The notes under the pieces were generated by a model. The model was not told the origin of the DNA. It saw only the letters and a program-made list of their open reading frames with translations, and searched no databases. From Raillietiella orientalis (taxonomy: Eukaryota), in the NCBI GenBank assembly GCA_036172245.1, contig JAYWIR010000032.1, positions 1,860,001 to 1,924,000 of the forward strand: a stretch of DNA of 64,000 nucleotides, in the 5' to 3' direction. Position 1 is the first letter of the stretch. Each line of letters opens with the position of its first letter. Shown piece by piece: positions 61,147 through 64,000 of the stretch. The position numbers and the translations under genes are program-made.

Positions 61147-63500
61147 GAAACCCGGTCACGTCTGGATGTTTATTAAGAAAGTAAGCTACAACTCCGAAGG
61201 GAATGGTATCCCTACAAAAAACAACAAGAAATGCCAAAAAAAAGGGTTCTGAAGGATGACCACCGGCGCGCAGGCCGTCTTTCAAAAAGTACGGAACGAA
61301 GGGAGGGGACAACAAATAAATAAAAAAAGACGGGTGGGTGGGTGCAGGGTCTTTGGTATGTGACACTTTCTCTTTACAAGCGGCTGTGAATGGTAGCGAT
61401 CTCCCCGGCGACTTCTACTGGCAGATGACGGCACCTTGCTGCTGTCCTCATGAGGGTCGCTGCCATGCTGGTGGTTCTGTTCTCTGCTAACCTGACCCCA
61501 ACACGTGGCGCGGACTCAACCTATTCATTGAGATCACAGCGCCTTACTTCAGTCCGCTTTCTGTCACAGCAAGTCCGTTGCAGTGTCCTGGAGCTGTCGA
61601 ACCGCCGAAGCGACCCTCCGCCACAAGTCCTCGAGGGCACTGCAGTCCAACAGGAGGTGCAGTTCGGGACAGTTCCTCGAACAGCTCAGTAAGGCAACTC
61701 CCCCGGAGGCCAGGTGCTGCCTGCGCGGATTGCACTGGAATCTCTGGTGCAGAGACAGAACATCCTGTTTCCACTGGAGCGAGAACATGGAGGTATTCAT
61801 ACATAGGGGAGGCACCACGAGTTCTTCAGGGGAGGCCTACCGAGCTGGTCACTCCGCCGAAGGAGTTCCTTTTTCCGGAAACGAAGAGTGGCGGCGTTTA
61901 GCAACTCGCTCGTCTGGCAGCCGGCTAGGAGTTTCTCGGCTTCAGTTTTTGAGACAACTCCCGCCCCTCCGGTTGGCTTCTGTCATGTCTTGCCCTGAGG
62001 GCAGACAGCTCTCCAGCGAGGGGTATGAATGCTACCTACGCGGTGTCCAATCCTGCAACAGATCTTCCAGCGGTTTGCGTAGGAAATTCTAGCGATTACA
62101 GTTCCTCTGGACGCACTTTTAAAGGGATGACCCAGGACCCCAGAGCTTCCTACTACAAGGAGTTTCAGTTTATGAGGCGGCAGCAGATCCACAGATGGGC
62201 TAGCGGTAGAAAGGACGGATGTCTCAGGTAGTAGCCGGACCCAGTCCTCCGGCGTAGGTTGCATGGTATCAGGGAAAGAAATTCTACGCTCCCAACGCAT
62301 TGCTGGAGGATGTGGAATGCCGGAACACACCAGTGGGAGGACCACAGTTTCCTACACAGAGAGAGAATCGGAGCAGCTCCTGCAGTCCGATCTCCTCGAT
62401 GGACAGGACTCCCAAGCCACCGCGCGCTTCCCACCGTAGTCCTCTACCCCGCCCCCTGCAAGAGCGAGGCACTGCCTCAGTTGCGCGGTATCGCGCATAA
62501 CAGCTTCGGACGCAGAGAGAGAATTCACCCGCTCAGGTGTTACGTCGGTCACAGGTCAGAAATCAAGGCGTCTAGGTCCTTGAGCAGTTCATGCAGGGAG
62601 TTGAAATTTCCCCATCTCTTGCATGCTTCCCCCTCCGAAACGGACTGGAGGGGACGATCATCCGCTGTTGTACAGATAAGTCGAGGATCTGAAGAAGAAC
62701 GCGCTCTCTGCTCTGAATCGCGGTCGCCACAGCTGGTTCCGGTCTCACCAGAGGAGGAGCCCTTCCTCGACCCGACGTTGCCCACGAGATCGCAAGCGCG
62801 CACGGCTACGCAGCGCGGAGCACGTGCCTGCCTCGCAACGCCTCTTCCGAGCGCTTTCGCGCCTCGTGGCTGGTCCTCGAGGCAAGGGACTTGGCACCCT
62901 TGGCCGCCACCCGACACGGACGCTTCCGAGCTCCGCGGCGTGCGCACGGACACCTCTTTCCGTCCTCGGTCCACCTGCAGCCGCTTCCTGCCTTCACCGC
63001 GTGGGATAATCGTTGACGCGCCTGCTGAGGAAGACATGTTGTTGAGCGCACCGGCCCTGCCGAGCCCCCGACGCCCGAATCAGGTCCAGAATCGCCCCGC
63101 ACTTGCAGCCTCCTCTGTGCCTCTCGTACAGCAGCCCTCCGTGCTCCTGGGTCCGGTGGGGCAAGCCCTTTCTCGCGGGAACAGCGCTCGGCGACCGGTT
63201 GTCGGGCAACGGGCCAGGGAAAACGCGGACGAACTGCGATGCGTGCAAGCGAGCTGGACGAAGAAAAGGCCGGGTTCGCCGCAGAAGCGGTGAACCGCCG
63301 CGGCACCGTTCTGGTCGCCATGACGACGGAGTCCGTTCTGGATTCCGCGTTCGAAATCTGGGAATCCACCCTTGCGTGTCTTCTTGTTCCGGCGGTGTCC
63401 ATCACGCCCATGTGCCTGCCCCTGGCCGACGCGCCGTCGATCAAAGTCGCGTGTCGCATGACGACGGAAAGCGGACCTCGGACGGGTCCTGTGTCCTGCG
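61147..63500 (-). mobile_element. Decayed L1/Tx1-like LINE: RT through 3'UTR
   Basis: Ordered remnants SQFVRVFPGPLPDN, QARQRLSH (KAFDR.SH-like), G.GQGC..P (GVRQGCPLSP-like, about 62880-62915), GGLGV and LHLLLDCSALEDLW; 61320-62400 is homologous to 5220-6330; terminal AATAAACATCCAGACGTGACCGGG at 61151-61174 (-). Confidence 0.75.
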
Positions 63501-64000
63501 CATGCATGGGTGTACCGTACATTTCGTTTCACCCCGTAACGTTCCTTTGACACTTTTGTGTATTCATCACTGGCATCGCGTGATGGCGTGGCTGAGGTGT
63601 TGCGTTTGCGTTGCCGATGGCACTTTGCCTCTTTCACGATTGCAAATGCAAACCAACAACACTGCATTGCAGTCCTGAACCCGCCACGGCAGACCTTTTA
63701 GAAGGAAGGCAGATGGAGACGGAAGCGGCACCTCGTTGCATTGCGCTGGCTGGGAATGGAGCTTTCTGGTCGTCTTCCCCGCGGGTCTTTCTTTCCTCCT
63801 CCAGTCCTCCCAAGACGGACACCCCTCCAGATTTGTTCTCTTTGGTCTAGGCGATCAAGATACAGCTCGCAGCTTCCGTTACTCTAAGCACGATCGCTCT
63901 TGGATCGAGGATCCCACTGAGATCCGACGGCGGAAAAACGGCAGCACTGATGGCATCGTTCTTTCGCGGGGATTGGTGGGTATCCCCATCATCGTATCGA

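Noticed and set aside
62259..63293. 344-aa plus-strand ORF
   Set aside because: Antisense shadow of a decayed RT in GC-rich DNA; no domain recognised.
1..64000. CRISPR array, prokaryotic operon or defence system
   Set aside because: No regularly spaced direct repeats and no dense intact ORFs; the content (LINEs, SINEs, metazoan-type 5S) is eukaryotic.

Overview
Eukaryotic, most likely metazoan (animal-type 5S rRNA fragment), repeat-dense DNA. I can support no intact protein-coding gene, CRISPR array or prokaryotic operon. The window is mostly a graveyard of decayed, nested non-LTR retrotransposons. Most are L1/Tx1-like pieces: an ORF1 with zinc knuckles, APE endonuclease, RT motifs, C-terminal CCHC regions and 3'UTRs. 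There are also two restriction-like-endonuclease (NeSL/Utopia/R2-type) fragments, a probable Academ-like transposase relic and a decayed C2H2 zinc-finger sequence. Four structures stand out. (1) A long (~0.7-0.8 kb) tRNA-headed SINE-like family with about 11 full or partial copies and a conserved internal core. (2) An AATAAA + CCCG..CGGG hairpin motif at the 3' end of several diverged LINE copies. (3) Two near-identical inverted duplications (5212-6407/25154-26349 and 43887-45239/49256-50608) whose ends ignore element boundaries. (4) The 3' half of a 5S rRNA gene lying between a LINE ORF2 end and its 3'UTR. Family assignments come from visual motif recognition only. Boundaries of decayed elements are approximate (tens of bp).
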